64,000 nt of DNA, taken from Nitrospirales bacterium. GTDB taxonomy: Bacteria; Nitrospirota; Nitrospiria; Nitrospirales; UBA8639. The stretch lies in assembly GCA_963422365.1 (NCBI GenBank), contig OY729426.1, positions 544,001-608,000 of the forward strand, read 5' to 3'. The notes under the pieces are model-generated. The model had not been told where the DNA came from. It saw only the letters and a program-made list of their open reading frames with translations, and made no database searches. A program made the translations under genes and the position numbers. Positions 62,075 to 64,000 of the stretch are shown here, one piece after another (position 1 is the first letter of the stretch; every line of letters starts with the position of its first letter).

Positions 62075-62246
62075 GCAGCTTACGTGCTCACTCCCCTGGT
62101 CACAGGACAATAGATGGAATTTATTCCAAGGGTAGCAAGCATGGTTTTCGAAGACCACTCTTTTTCATCGTGGTGGTACGCGAAGTTTCCCAGATGAAAA
62201 ATCCCCGATAAAACATGTCGAGAGCAGGCCTGTCGAGGGCAGTGCT

Positions 62247-62283
62247 AAAAGAAAAGCCCACGGATGTGTCCATCCGTGGGCTT
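62247..62283 (-). terminator. rRNA operon terminator
   Basis: 13-bp stem AAGCCCACGGATG/CATCCGTGGGCTT with U-rich tail on minus strand. Confidence 0.85.
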
Positions 62284-62290
62284 CAGAAGA

Positions 62291-62408
<118 letters not shown>

Positions 62409-62538
62409 ATGTGTTGGTAGCCGTCATCTCGAGAATCTATGATGGGACGAGAAAAAACCATTCTCTGGTCTGTACCCTTCATACGTCTCGCCTTCTACCT
62501 AACTCGTATTGAAGATCATGTCTATCAGAAGTAAAATG

Positions 62539-64000
<1,462 letters not shown>

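Overview
Bacterial chromosomal window, about 54% GC by eye. Gene content and style (CCG-domain type-E sdhABE, thiC-thi4, conserved hypotheticals) suggest a Nitrospirota/Nitrospirales organism; this is inference, no search was run. The backbone is housekeeping: ileS-lspA, nadA, TPP-riboswitch-thiC-thi4, smc, ispH, fabH, bamD, ccdA/tlpA plus a System I ccm operon, lemA/TPM, sdhABE, pncA-like, argB, hslUV, xerC, trmFO, cysQ, a YhaO/YhaN-like Mre11/Rad50 pair, PGM/PMM, 5S rRNA and the 3' part of 23S rRNA. Accessory and decayed DNA is interspersed: a NotI-family/N4C-MTase restriction-modification pseudogene island, a frameshifted palindrome-flanked DUF559 nuclease inside the ccm operon, a 142-bp MITE with perfect TIRs and a TSD, an IS481 remnant, a gltA pseudogene and several REP-like palindrome families. 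The best candidate for an undescribed system is an intact, tightly coupled three-gene module at 16.6-18.7 kb: an unknown protein, an Xre/MbcA/ParS antitoxin with a ~115-aa low-complexity N-terminal extension, and a RES toxin, reminiscent of toxin-antitoxin-chaperone/sensor defence systems. Other oddities: a His-less CcmE-like protein with a CcmD-like tail, tandem NrdR-box-like sites before smc, a nicotinamidase homologue lacking two catalytic residues, and a BamD with a CxxG[ST]WC repeat tail. All family assignments come from motif recognition by eye.
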